A stretch of DNA of 64,000 nucleotides, taken from Chrysomallon squamiferum. Taxonomy: Eukaryota > Animalia > Mollusca. The position numbers were made by a program, and so were the translations under genes. This document shows, in pieces, positions 15,028 through 29,368 of this stretch; within the stretch, counting starts at the first letter, position 1; the number at the start of each line of letters is the position of its first letter. The DNA lies in contig CM022679.1 of NCBI GenBank assembly GCA_012295275.1, positions 30,318,001 through 30,382,000 of the forward strand, in the 5' to 3' direction. Below the pieces are notes generated by a model. It did not search any database. It saw only the letters and a program-made list of their open reading frames with translations, and was not told where the DNA came from.

Positions 15028-17183
15028 AAAATAGAAATATGAACCTCTGGTTTGACAGATAATCGTTTTATTTGATATAATTTTGTTCCCATTTTGTTGT
15101 TTTTATCACATTCTTTTCTTGCTTTGGCATGGCACCTGATGATTTTGTTGTGTTGGTATTGTCTCCCCTTGATTAGGAGGTTATGTTGCGGCCACACGCT
15201 GATGCCCGAAATCGAATCTTGAGTGAGATGGGCGCCACTATGGCCTACCCATCTTACCTGGAAAAAGGACCTAACTATGAAGAAGAAATGAGATATTACC
15301 ATGGCGACACGCTGTCGCCAAAAGATAAGGTAACCCAAATGACAAATTGTCAACAGTTTACAAAAATGCAGATGAAACTGTTTTCTATAAAACGGTTTTC
15401 AGTTTGTGTTATTGTAAAAAAAAAGAAGTTTTTTTACAAAAATTTAACATAACAAATACTGTTCGTTTTGCTCGAGTAGGCATTAACCGAGTTTGGATGT
15501 AATCGATGTTTTAATATGAGTGAATTTGTTTACTGCATGTGAATATGTTGTTGGCATAAGTCGATTCATGCATTATCTTATTTGTGTGTTGCCGTAGAAA
15601 TAGATAGAGGTCAACTGATAATTTGGTCTGTAACCCAAAACATCAACTCCTTTGCTCCAAAAGGTCACATACTGTATTAGCATTGTTTTAAAAATGTTAT
15701 CTGAATTGTTTTTTACTTCACACTTTTTTGAATAGTACATCCTAAATATCACCTTGTACAAGAACAGTGGCTTTTAAAATACAATAATAACATACTGATC
15801 TTGATTTTGAATTAATATATATACATACACACATACCTACGTATACAAAAGACATACTGGTTTTAACCCCTTCAGACTTAAGTGTCAAAAAGTTTGTTTG
15901 TGTTTTGTAATTAAAATTTATATTTTTAATTTTTTTTTTAAGTAATTGTTATTTAACCTTTCTGTGCCCTGTGTCAAAGTACTGAAAGACTGTATGACAA
16001 CACTCCAACTTTTAAAATGTAAAAGAGTTAAAAAAACAAAAAAAACACAAAGGCCCATATACACTGTATTATATTTAGTTTTTAGACCAGGTAGATAATT
16101 TTCAGTTTTCATTATAATTATTTTGGTTTAAGAATTTTTGTTTTCATTAAAATTTCATTTAAAGTAGATAGATATTTTGTAGCTTGTTTTCTTTCTTGTT
16201 TGGTTTAAATTTCCAGATTAATTTTTAATGTGTGTGTCTGTGAGAAGGGAAATTTGTGATAGAAAAATAGAAATAAATACAAAAGGAGAAAAAAAATGGA
16301 ATTCAGAGAAAATGAAGAGAAAAATAAAAATAAATTAAATCTGGAAATCATTTTAACAAATTGATTATAATTTTTTTTTTTTTAATATAATTTTGCTTTT
16401 TATATATATTTTGTTACTTTTATTTTTACTTATAGTGTATTTTTGCATGTTGAGTGTAAATTTTAATTTTTAAAATTTTTGTTTTGTTCTTGTTGTTTTG
16501 TTTAGTTTGTGTGTTTTGTTTAGTTTTTTTCTGTTTTATTTTCCTATGTACTTTGCACATTAGGACAACAAGTCGAGAATGGATAGTTTCGGTATTGATT
16601 ACACGACTCTGGGGCGTGACTCGTCCATGTCGGAGAGTCGAGACTCGACTCTGGGTCGTGAGTCCGCCACGTTACAGTACCGTCCCCATGACAACAGTAT
16701 GGCAGACTCCGAGTATGACGATGAGTTAAAGTACATGATAGACGACGCGGCGATGAAAAAGGTAAAGAATGGCGGACATGCTGAATGCAGGATTATGGGA
16801 ATGGTGATGTCACAAGCACCTGATATTAAATAACAAAACTGAATTGGGGGAATGCTAGTTTTCTGTTGTAATGTTGGCATTTTTGTTTTCGTGCACTTGC
16901 TTAATTTTTTTTTTTTTATGTTCTGTTATTGTTGTATGTTAATTTTTATTAATATTATTATTATGATGATGTTTTTTTTGCATGTGAATACAGATTGTTT
17001 CTTGAAATTTAATCATATTATGAAACTATTTGAATTGCAGCAATATTAAACTAAAAAAATATATATATATATTTATTCTTTATAAATAACTATAAAAAAT
17101 AAAATAAAGAATTGACAAAAATGTTTTAATAAAAATTAAATAATAAAAATTGGATGATATCTCAGGAAAAAACAAAACCTCAA

Positions 17184-17228
<45 letters not shown>

Positions 17229-18671
17229 AGTTAATAGTTAATTTATGTTTTGCTGTCTTACCTTAAAAAAAAAAAATTAAAACTCTCAGAAATGGGGGAA
17301 AATAAAATAAAAGAAAAGTATTCCCTCAACCTCTCTAAAATATTAACTAATTTTTTGATGGAAAAGGTAATAACTGACATTAATTAATTGGTCTGATTTA
17401 TATTTCAAGAAAAATGCACCATTTATTAAAAACAGTAGAACTGGACATAATTTGCATGGGTGTTTCTTTAGCACTGTGATCTTCTAGTTTTTTTGTTTTG
17501 TTTTTGTTTTGTTTTTGTTTTCATCTTGAGTCTGCTGCACATCTTTGTCTCTGAAAGCATTTAAATAAAAAACATAGTTTTATTCTTTGCATGAAATGGA
17601 GGTGTTTCAGTTTTTAAAATTATTTTTCATATTTCACTTTTTTACATATTTATACCTTTCTCATTAATCAAGTTTTACGTGTCTTTAAAAGTTTTGAATT
17701 TTTTCTATTTTTGAATTTATTTTGAAATTATTTTGAGATATTTTCAAGTAAAAATTTCATTATGATTTTTGGAATTTATTTTTTCATTTTATTTTAATTT
17801 GTATAAAAATTAAACTATTTTTGTTGTTGTTGAAATTTAGCTATCGACAGCTTATACTGAGAGAGAGAAAAAATGCTTAGCAACTTTATCAGTTGTTTCT
17901 TCATTTTTCATTAACGTAATAAACTTCACACAAAGCAGATATAATTTTTAAAATTTAAGATTAGAGTAAATATTAAGAATTATCTTTGTTAATAGTGTAA
18001 TTTTAAAATTTTTAAAATAAATTTTCTGATAAAAGATATTTAGTAAAAAGGGTAAAAGTTAAATTGACATTTCAAGATATTGAAGTAAAAATTAGTCAAA
18101 AATACTAAAAATAATTTTTAATAAATCATAAATGATTAAAACACATTACCATAAATGAAAACTTTCAAAAAATAAAAAATAAATAAAATAAAAAGAATAT
18201 ATAAATGAAAAAAAAAAATATTAACAACATCAATAAATTCATGTCACATATTTCCATATTAAAAACATTTCTTTTTAAAAAGTGAAACGTCCTCCATCTT
18301 GTTTTTTTTTGTTTTTGTTTTTCTTGATGTTGTATTCTTTCGTAGCCGTCTGCTTGACGTTAAATGTTGTTGTTTTTTTTCTTCTCTGTTGTGTTTACGT
18401 TAGAAACAAGATCTGTTTACGGAAGACCTGTATGCACGTGAATCTCTTCGCTACACTAAAGCTGAAGCCCCAGTTTACAGGGATTCTGCGTTCACCAGCG
18501 ATGAGCTAAAAATAGAGGAATCTCCCAAACCACGCGCAGTAATATATCAGGGAGATATTTCGGGAACTAGCAGTCTGAACGAAAGTTTCAAACAAGTACC
18601 TGACGACTCGGTCGTCCCTGGAAACCAGGTACCGGGGAGTGTTCATTGGATAAGGGAGCAGTCATTGAAAA

Positions 18672-18712
<41 letters not shown>

Positions 18713-21700
18713 TGATTTTGTTTTTAAAACTTTATTATGAGGTACAAGGGAAAGAAAGGCCTTTGCATAAGGGAGCTGGCTTTGTAGATTAATTCTGTTT
18801 TTTTTATAATTTGTTTCAGCTAGTTTTGAAGTTTATTATCTGCTTCTCAACCTTTTTTTTTGCAGAAGTCATTGTAAGATCCATCCACTGTACTTGGAGA
18901 AATTATTATTATTATTATTATTAAATTTGAATGCTTTTGGAATAGAATATTTGGTTGCATGTAATTATGCCAAATATATGAGAATTTCTTCCAAAATAGT
19001 AACTTCCCAATATTAATAAGTAATGATGCTGACAATAATAATAATAATAATAATAATAATAATTTACAGTAATAATATATGTATATTTTACTGTTTTTGT
19101 TGCACCTATAACTTGCATGGTAGTAGTTGAATAAGGCATGCTTGAAGTAAAATAATTTTAAAATTTTTATTTTGTTTTACTTCTTTTTAACACCCATTTC
19201 TTTTACACATTTATTCCTGATTTGACCAAGGTGGAATTTTATCATAAATGTCTGCCGATATCTTGCAAATATTTCACTTGATGCATCTGCATATTTTGAA
19301 GTACTTATGATTTGCAAGGTTCAATCCATTTGATACTATAGGAGTGTCAGGATCATAGCTTTGGAAAATTAGCAGGATTTATACAACTGTTTTATTTACT
19401 TTTATTTTTCATTTTGAACTATTTTCTGTAAAATTAATTTTTACTGAAATAATTATATTTTATTTATTATTAAAACAGATTATTTTAAATGCTGATCTGT
19501 TTTTTTCTTTCTTTTTTTTCCATTCATAATATTTATTTTTATTCTTTATTATTTATCTTTTTAGTCTGATCTTAAAACTTGTTTGATTATTTAATTATTT
19601 TATTTATCATGTTTATTATTGTTGTTATTATTATTATTATTTTATATTAATTACTTTTTGTTATTTTATTGATATTTATCATTATTTTCATTATTAATAT
19701 TATTATTACTTTATTATTATTACTAATATTAATTAAAATTCTGCTCGAATTACTCTTTATGAATACTTCTAATTAATTATTTTTCACAATTATTTTCCTT
19801 TTGATATTTTTAAATTTTACCTGAAATTGTAATAAATTTTTTATCTGTCTGTCTGTTTATCTATCTATCTATCTAAAAATATCTAGTTTGAATTGTTTAA
19901 TTTGAGCCACATTACAGAGTGATATCAATTTAAAAATAAATAAAAAATAAAAACATTAATAGAAAAATTTAATATAAATAAAAGGTTCTGTTTAACAGTA
20001 TTTTAACAAAAACCTAATTTTTTTTGTTAAAATTTAAAATTAAAATAAATAAATAAATAAATAAATAAAATAAATAAATAAATAAATGAACGAATGATAA
20101 TCAAATAATAACACTATTACCATTATTATTATTATTATTATTATTAAAGCGTTACACAATGCATTTATAACACAATATATAAAATAATAGTAAACATTTT
20201 TATTTTTTATTTTATAAAAACAGGACTACATGGAAGCTCAGATTGTTGGGCAGTCTTACCACCAGCAGTACTCTGCAGGTCGCCCTGACAACCGTTACCT
20301 GGCCAGCGGGCCAAACGCCTCGGAGAACGCACGCTTCAGTTCGTACAGTGGATCATCCTTCAGCACCAGTTTTGATCCAGACAATGTACCAGTCGACCGG
20401 GCACCAGTCTACTCTGGGTGAGTTTCTTAGCAACGGTTTAGTTTTTTTTCTAAATTATTTGCATCGATAATTATTTGATACGGTGGAGAAACAAACGTTT
20501 GTAAATAATTTGTTTTATTTTGTGTTTATTTTCTTTCTTTCTTTTTTTTTTTGCCTAGAATTTTTTTTTTTAATAATAAGAAAAATATATTTGTAAAATG
20601 TTTTGGTCATTTTTATCTCTTTTTGTTGTCCTCCTGAAGGAGAGGATAGGGAAATTTGAAAAAAAAAATAAAAAATAAAAAAATATTCCTTACTGTATTT
20701 TCTAAATTCTTTGTGTTATCTCCCCTTATCTGTAGATTACCTTGATTTGCTCTTTGCTATAATCATGCACCGTATGTAATAAAAAGCTGGATGATGCAGC
20801 TGTTTATAAATAAGAAAAATATACAGTTAAATTGCTATATATTTTTATAGTCATAAACAGCCATTTTTTTTCACTTTTGGCCATTTATGTTTGTTTATTC
20901 ACTATAATTATAATATTTTTTTTTTTTTTTTTTTTTACAAATTGTGGATTATATATGTGAAGTTTGTATGAGAATTAAATTTAAAATTTGAAAAAAACAT
21001 CACCCCATAGTTACACTATCTGCACTGATTCCTGTTTCAAATTATTTTAATCAACAATTTATTTACATCATTTTTTTCCCCACACCCAACCATTTTATTG
21101 AAGGTCATTAAATTAACATGTGTCTGTCTTTAAGAATTTTCGTTATTTCAGTGTGATAATTTCTTATCTTTCTTTAATGAAAAACCTCATTCAAAGATAT
21201 TTTAATTTGTTTTCATCAGCAAGCTGAAATGGAGGAGGTAACTCATTGTCTGTTGTGAATCTGTGTCATGTGACTTGTTGTTTAATGTGTTTTCTAATTG
21301 TCACACTAGTAAATTTTGTATTTATTTTCAGTTTTCTGGTTATTGTTGATACTTTTCAAAACTGTTATATATGCATTATCATTTTCTTTTTATTATTTTC
21401 GTCATTATTAACATTATTATTTTATTTATGATTTTTATTATTATTGTTGTTGTTATTATTTATTGGTTATTGTTATTATTTTCTTTCTTTAAAATTATTA
21501 TTGTTGTTATCACTTAATGGTTGTTATTATCACTACTACTACTATTACATTATTATTATTATTTTAAAGCAAATGTAGTCTAAAATGTACATAGGCAGCT
21601 TATACACTAATTAAATATGTTCAGCTTTAATGACATTATCACTGCTGTTACTTGTAGAAACCATGTATTTTTTAATTTAAAAAAAAAATGTATTATTATA

Positions 21701-23243
21701 ATTTTTTAAAGCAATTATTTATTTATTGATATAGAAATAGTCTTACTGTGTATTACATACATACTTACTTTCATGTATTTTTGTCATGTAAACTAAAACT
21801 ACTGATAAATGTAGTAGTTATACACTTTAGTTACTTCCCTTTTAACACTCTTTTAGATATAAGGCAGATGCATTTAAAGGGAAAAAAAACAACCTAGAGA
21901 GTAATATGTTGGCGCATTTGGTAGACATTTTATTTATCAACTTTCTGTTTTTTAATGTGATTATTTTAGCACATTGTACAAGTGCATTCTTAATACAAAT
22001 CAGTAAGATGTGAATTCTATAAACAGGCAGTAAAAAGAAAAGGTAAAAAGGATAAAAAAAGAAAAAATTAAAGTATTTTTGGAATACATCAGTTACAGGA
22101 ATATTTAAAAATTTTATTGTGTTTTTGGTGTTTTTCAGTTTGTAAAATATTTTTATTTTATTTTTAAAAAAATGTAATAGATTTTATTTATTTTTTATTT
22201 TATTTAATAATATAAAATTTATTATGTTAGAAATGGTTATTATATTTAAAAACACACATTCAACTTTGAAATTAGACCTTCAGCTAATTTTTGTTTCAAA
22301 ATGGAGCTAGTGAATAATAAATTACAGCAAACTGCAGTAAAACTCACACATTGGAGTGTTAGTACTTAAATAGCTGCTAAAGAGAAACAAATGATACAGA
22401 TAATGTCGTTGGTTTCACTGCCATCATTTTTAATGGGTTTATTTGAGATCCAAGTTCTGTTGGGTCTTGTTGGTTGTGAAAATGATAAAACAGGATGTCT
22501 GGTACCTAAGAACAGTTATTTTATATATCCATGTTAACTAAATATTCATTCATTCATTCTTTCTTTCATTTTTTCATTTGATATTTAATTTTCTTTCATT
22601 CATTCTTCATTTAATTTTTCATTATTTAATTCATTGATTTTACCAAATATATTTTTATACTAAAAAGAAATATTAACATTATTTCACATAAGAAATTAGT
22701 AATATTAAAATACACATAAATATTCATTTTATTTCCTTGAAGTATTTTACAAGAAATAAAAATAGATTTGAAATTTGGTTCCATTAACAATTGTATACTG
22801 AAATATTTTGAAAACAAGATTTTAAACTAATGAAAAAAAAAAAAAAAAAAAAAAAGTTATTTTTATAAATGGTTATTTAATGATACCAGATAATATATTA
22901 TTATGTATGTCAAATGGGTAAATAACAAATCCATTCTAAAATAACAACATTGGGTAACACACCAAGTATTTATATGTTTATATCAACTTTGGGCGGTAGT
23001 AAATCTTGGCAAATGATAATAATTCACTGCCAGTGTGTCACAATATTTGGGGTAAGTGTATTTGTGAGTTGTTCCAAACAATATTAACAACTGAAGCATG
23101 AATTAATGTGTGTAACAGAGAAAGCCTTGTAGAATACATTTATGATAACAGGTGTAAAAGACATTGTGTTTGTAGAATCAACTGGATGATCATGAGAACT
23201 TCAGCAATAGTACTTTCTATACAGTATTTCTAGGTTGGAAAGA

Positions 23244-23309
<66 letters not shown>

Positions 23310-25033
23310 TACAACAATAGTAGTAATAGTATTATTATTATTAATAACAACAACAACAACAACAACAGTAATATTAACTAATAATTTAACATAATAATTT
23401 ACAATAATAACCATAGTTAACTATTATTATTTAATTAGTTAGGTTGTTTGCTGTAATGTTATGTATTAAAAACAACCATTAGTTATTTCCCAGTCCAATC
23501 ATAGTGTTTCTGGTTTACATGTCTGGCAAAATATATATACAAGCATTTTTTTTTCTTCTTTTTTTCTGTTGTTAATATGGTATTTGGCAACACTGGGTCT
23601 GATCCTTCATATCATTATTATAATAACAAACAGGCAGACAACCAAACAAATAAACAAAAACAACTGTTGACATGCAGTTAATTCATTAACTCATTTTTAA
23701 GTAACTGAATACAATTCCTTATAAATTTATTTTATGACACAGCATATTATACTAGATACATCACTTCAGTTGATAATGATAAATGGCAGTGAAAAAAATC
23801 CAAAAAAACCCCATCATTTCCATCTTTCTTTGAATTTCAATCATCTTAGTTATTTTGGCTGGTTGCCTAGGTTACGGTGTTCTTTCCCCCTCCCTCAATA
23901 TTTGGTTGTTAGGCAACACAAATAAGTGAGAGAGTAGAATGAGTAGGTGGAATTTTGATAGTTACTTGTTTGTGTTGAGTACATGTATAACTAACATGGG
24001 GAACTGCTGGTTCTCAGCAGCCTGTCTGCCATGTTTGTGGGTGTGACCCAGTACTTTCACAAGTACTGTGTAATTAGAGTTAATAACTGGTGAAGGTTAG
24101 AATGCTGATCTGCAGTGAGGTTCTGACAAGCTGCATTCACCGTTTTTTGACCTGAGGAGGATAAAGATGACATCTTAAGGCATTAACCAGTTGTTTCTTT
24201 AATCTTGCAGTTCTAAATAATACAAAACCAAATGGAATTAACTTTCAGCAATAGTAGATTAAGATGTATTAATTTTTATTTTAGCCTAAGATAACCATCA
24301 GCTAGCTACAATATGAATGAAGACCCCACATCTAGCATTTAATTAAAGAAATTTTCATGCAAGCAGGAAGGGTTTTTGCTCTTATACATAAATTAAATTG
24401 ACTGTGTGACCAGATGTAAGTAGCATGGTATAAACAGGTTAAATAAATTTGCAATAGCATTTCTTCTTGTTTTTGTGGGGGGTGGGGGTGGGAACAAGAA
24501 AATTGGTACAATTGATAATTTTGAAATAACTGATAGACAAATGAACATTTTTTGTGGGTTTTTTGTGATTTTTTAAAAAAATGATGATTATCATTATTAA
24601 CATAGTTATGCTTGTAAAGAATCTTTAAAGGTCAGAGTTTTGAAATCTATATGATGGTAATTTTGATGAAGATAACAGCAAAATAATAATAACAACAACA
24701 GCAACACAGTAATAACAATGATAATAACGAACATCACTGTTTGTCTCTGGTTTCTGTCAACAAATGCTTTGTCATATCTGACCTGTAACTTGTTTAAACT
24801 GCAGATACTATCTTTTTTTTTTAAATTCTGTTGTGTCAGGTTGTTTACATGCAGATGACCTTGAGAGGTTACTGTTACATTCTGCTAACGTGTGTGTATG
24901 TGTGTGTAAAAATATGTTACTGGCAAACACTAACACAGAGGTGTGTTAAAATGATTCAGTATTTTATAAGTATAAATAAGAAAATATTCTTTCCAAAATA
25001 TTAATTTAAAAATAAAATTAACAAGAAAAACAT

Positions 25034-25072
<39 letters not shown>

Positions 25073-26673
25073 TACTTTATTACTTCTACTACAGTACTGT
25101 TACTAGCACTACTGCAACTACTGCTGTTACTGTTTTTTATACTGCTGTTACTATATACTGCTGTTACTGTTTTTATTTATCTGGTTTCAGTTCATTCTAA
25201 TATAACTTTTCATCATCATTTCAACAATTTATCAGATTTAATGATAAACCCATCATTTTCCCACTTCTCCCTCTGTCATCCCCCCACCCTATCCAACCGT
25301 TTATAATTTATGGACCTAGCAGTAATTTGATTAGCGTATCTGTTAATGATATAACAGCTCTAATTGAATCACGTAATTTTGTGGCGTTCATTAACTAGGG
25401 ACTTAATAGAAAAGAAAGATAACTGCTGTGTGTATTTGTTAGATGGTGTGATGGATTGAGCCGGTGGGTTGCTGCAGTTGCCAAAACTGTTACCAGATGA
25501 CAGAGTAGACAGGAAATTATTGTCTGTTACAAAAGAATACAGCTGTCTTGATCAGTTTGTGAAAACTGGACTATCTGTTTGATTGGACTCTTCCAGAGTG
25601 AGGGGTGACAGGATGAAAACACGCGCGCACACGTTTCTCAAATATTTTAAATAAATATTTTTCTTTTTAACATCTTATTGCAAACTTGTTTGTTCTTTCT
25701 TCCAGACTGCAGAACCAACGATATTATTTTTTCCTCTTTTATTTATTTTTTATTTTTTTATACTTCTTTTTTAACTTTGTAAAAATGAGTACGTTGGACT
25801 TTTCCATACAAAGGGGGTTTAGGTTTGTTAGTTGTAAACTGCAGACATTTTGGTAGTGTTGTATTGGTTTTCTGCACTGCGAAGTAGGGAATATTCCAAC
25901 TGTCTGCCCCTGGCACCTTTTCTGCGGTAATACTACCAGTTCGTGTGGATCTGTCCTCCATAAAGCTGGAATGTTTTATATTTTCTGTGATATAATTTAA
26001 CCTGCAGAGCCATGTTAAAGGAAAGGTATAGTTGAAGTGATATTTTTATTCGTCTGTTTTGTCTATAATAAACGTGCTGTTTATCTCTCTCTCTCTCTCT
26101 CTACAGTATTTAGTTATTTAAACGTGCGCATTCAATAACTTGATTGTACTGATTCTTGTAACATTTTGCCTTCTTGATCTAGATTCCACAACTAACAGAA
26201 CATGAAGCCGGTGATACATATATCAACTATAAATCTGTTAATGACATAATCTTAGCATGCAGGATAGCTGTTAATAATTTTTCCTGTTTACATAAAAAAT
26301 GTTTGCTATTTTATAAATCTGTACAACTATGTATTGACATTTCAGGGACGGAAAATAGGGGGTGGAGCTGGGTGTGCTTTTATATATGAAATGAAAACAG
26401 GCTACCCTTGTATGAATACAAATTGTTGGTCTTTTCATACATGTATAGCGAAATGGAAGTGTTGTTAATTTTTTTTTAAGAAGAGACCGGTTAAAATAGA
26501 CTCGTGTATCTGGTCAAGGTTATGACCTTGTGACTTCTGGTACTTCCTTGTTTTTGTGCTGATAACGGAGGACCTGAGGGTAGGGGTTATAAAGGGGGAG
26601 GGGACAAAAACCATAATGTAAACACTACAAGTATACATATTTTACTTCTCCAGTTTATTTCATGAAATTGTTT

Positions 26674-26708
<35 letters not shown>

Positions 26709-26727
26709 TTATTTAATTAATTAATTA

Positions 26728-26766
<39 letters not shown>

Positions 26767-26887
26767 TACAATAATTTTTTTAAATTATCATCAAGATTAT
26801 AATCATCATGACGAGTAAAACTGAATACAACAATTATGTGGTGCAGTATTTCTCTTTACTGTTCTGTGTCTGTCCTTTCTCATATTG

Positions 26888-26934
<47 letters not shown>

Positions 26935-28666
26935 TACACCACACACAAATGTAACAGAAAAATCATTATTTTGGTAACATTATTCTCCATTTTCTTCTGC
27001 TTCTTGAAAAAGATACTGTATGCAGGTAACTTGAGTAGATATTTCTTGAGAGCAAAGTGTCTAATAACTAATAACACAAAGTTTGTAAAAAAAATATCTT
27101 AACCGAGTATGCCCTTTATTAAGTAATCTTTCTTTTTTCCCCAGTTACTTGTGCACTTGTTATATAGAAATAATGACCAAGTTTATAATAATACAAAATA
27201 ATTATTCATCATTTATTTTATTTTTTAACTGAACTATTTATTTTTCATTTATTTTTTTTTGAAATTATTTGAGGTCTTCTGTTTTTGAAATTTAAAAAAC
27301 ACATTATTTTTATGAATTTATTATGGATTTAATTATTTTTAAAATTTATTATTGCTGTTTATTAATTAATTATTTTTAAGTGGTCTTTTATTTATTTATT
27401 TATGTTTTTTTTTTATAAATTAATTATTTTTTATTATTATTATTTTTTATTTATTAGTGGGTCTTGTATTTATTTATGATTGCTAGAATATTTTATTTAC
27501 ATAGGTAGCTATATTTTTTAAAATTTGTTTTTACAGTTTCTTGATAAGTTTCATGGTGGATGCGCGAGGTGGGGCAATGCGAGGATGTCGTCACTCCGGT
27601 GTGCGCATCATCATCCCACCGCGCAAGGCTGCCATGCCAACACGCGTCACCTGTCGACTCATCAAGAAGGAGAAGCTTCTGCACCCTCCACCCCTCCACG
27701 AGGGGGAGGGTCTGGCAACAAGGATTCTGGAGATGGGGCCAGTTGGAACAACATTTTTGGGGTGAGGATTGTTAATTTTTATTTTCCTTTTCTTTATCTT
27801 GCTGTTAATAATATTTATTTATTTATTTATTTTTTTACACAACAAATAAAATAAAAATAGTAATAATAAGTTAAAATAACCATAATAATAATGATATTTA
27901 ATAATAAGTTTGTTTTATTATTTTATTCTGATTTAAAATTGGAAAATGCACTAATTTTGTCATAATTTTTCAAGTGTGTGTGTGTGTGTGTGTGTGTGCA
28001 TCAATTTACATATTCATATATTAATAAGTGCATCAATTGCATTCTTATGTTGTATTTTCCTTTCTGTATAAATAAAAAAAAATTAAAAATTCAGCAGAGT
28101 GTTGGTAAACAAATATTTATTCATTACATTTTAATAAATTAATTATTTAAATAAACAAAACGAGGGTTAAAAGTTGACATCACTCATCAAACACAGGATG
28201 ATCTGACCTGGAATGAAAGTAGTATAAAATGAGAGATTTGAGCTTTGCTGTTTGATATTTAGTTGTACATTGCTGGGATTCTGCTGAGTGGTATGGGACA
28301 TCTGCCTCACAACATCAACATGTGTTCCACTCTGAAGATATCTCTCCTAAAAGCATCTTGCCCTAGGCTGGCCGGATTTTTTTTATTTATTTATTTATTT
28401 TTAATTCACTGATACAAGTGTCATGGTTCAGATACAGGCGGTTGTGGTGCTAGAATTTTTATTTTTAATATTCTCCAAAATATTTTGTGAAAGCACCTTG
28501 CATTAGATTGGTATGAGATTATAAGCTTGTTTTTTTTTATTTGTATATATTCTAGACTGGTATTGGATTTTAAGAATGTTTGGAGAATTTGATTTTTTTT
28601 ATGCTGTTTGACATGATAATCAACGTCTGATGTAACAGTGTGCAAGATCAAAGCATATACACAATA

Positions 28667-28697
<31 letters not shown>

Positions 28698-29310
28698 AAA
28701 TATGTATATTTTAAATTTAATTGTAAAAGTTTTGGGGTCATCTGATTGATTTCAGTTCAAAACATTTATGCAGAATGCTTTCATATTTTATTTTTTTTCT
28801 AATTTACAAAATAAAAAACATTCTTTATGTAAAACTATTTGTAATAGGACTATTAGTTGGAAATGTGAAAGAATATGGAATCAAGACCCTAATTAGTTTA
28901 ACTTTTTTTTCTTATTACCCCTTACCCCACCCATGTCTCACGATAAGAATGTCTAGGTCAAGTGCTGGAGGTCATGAGGTCAAACCACAGCCTAACTAAA
29001 CAGATCTTCATTAACCAGAACACTTCTGTAATGTTCTTATTCAAACATCCTGTTTGGAAACTAGTCTTGTCTGGTGTATAATGTTTCAGGATCCAATCCA
29101 GATGAAGTTAGATTGGGGGGGGGGCTGTTCCATTTATTGATACATAATTTCTTTTTGTTCCCAGAGAAACGTAGAAAAATCTATAAAATATAGATAGAAA
29201 CATAGATAAAAACACACAAGTTGTATTTGTGCATATATGTAGTATGTATCTGAATCACATATGAGTGTATGTGTATTGATGTCCTTAATAAATGTGTGTG
29301 CACATAATAT

Positions 29311-29368
<58 letters not shown>

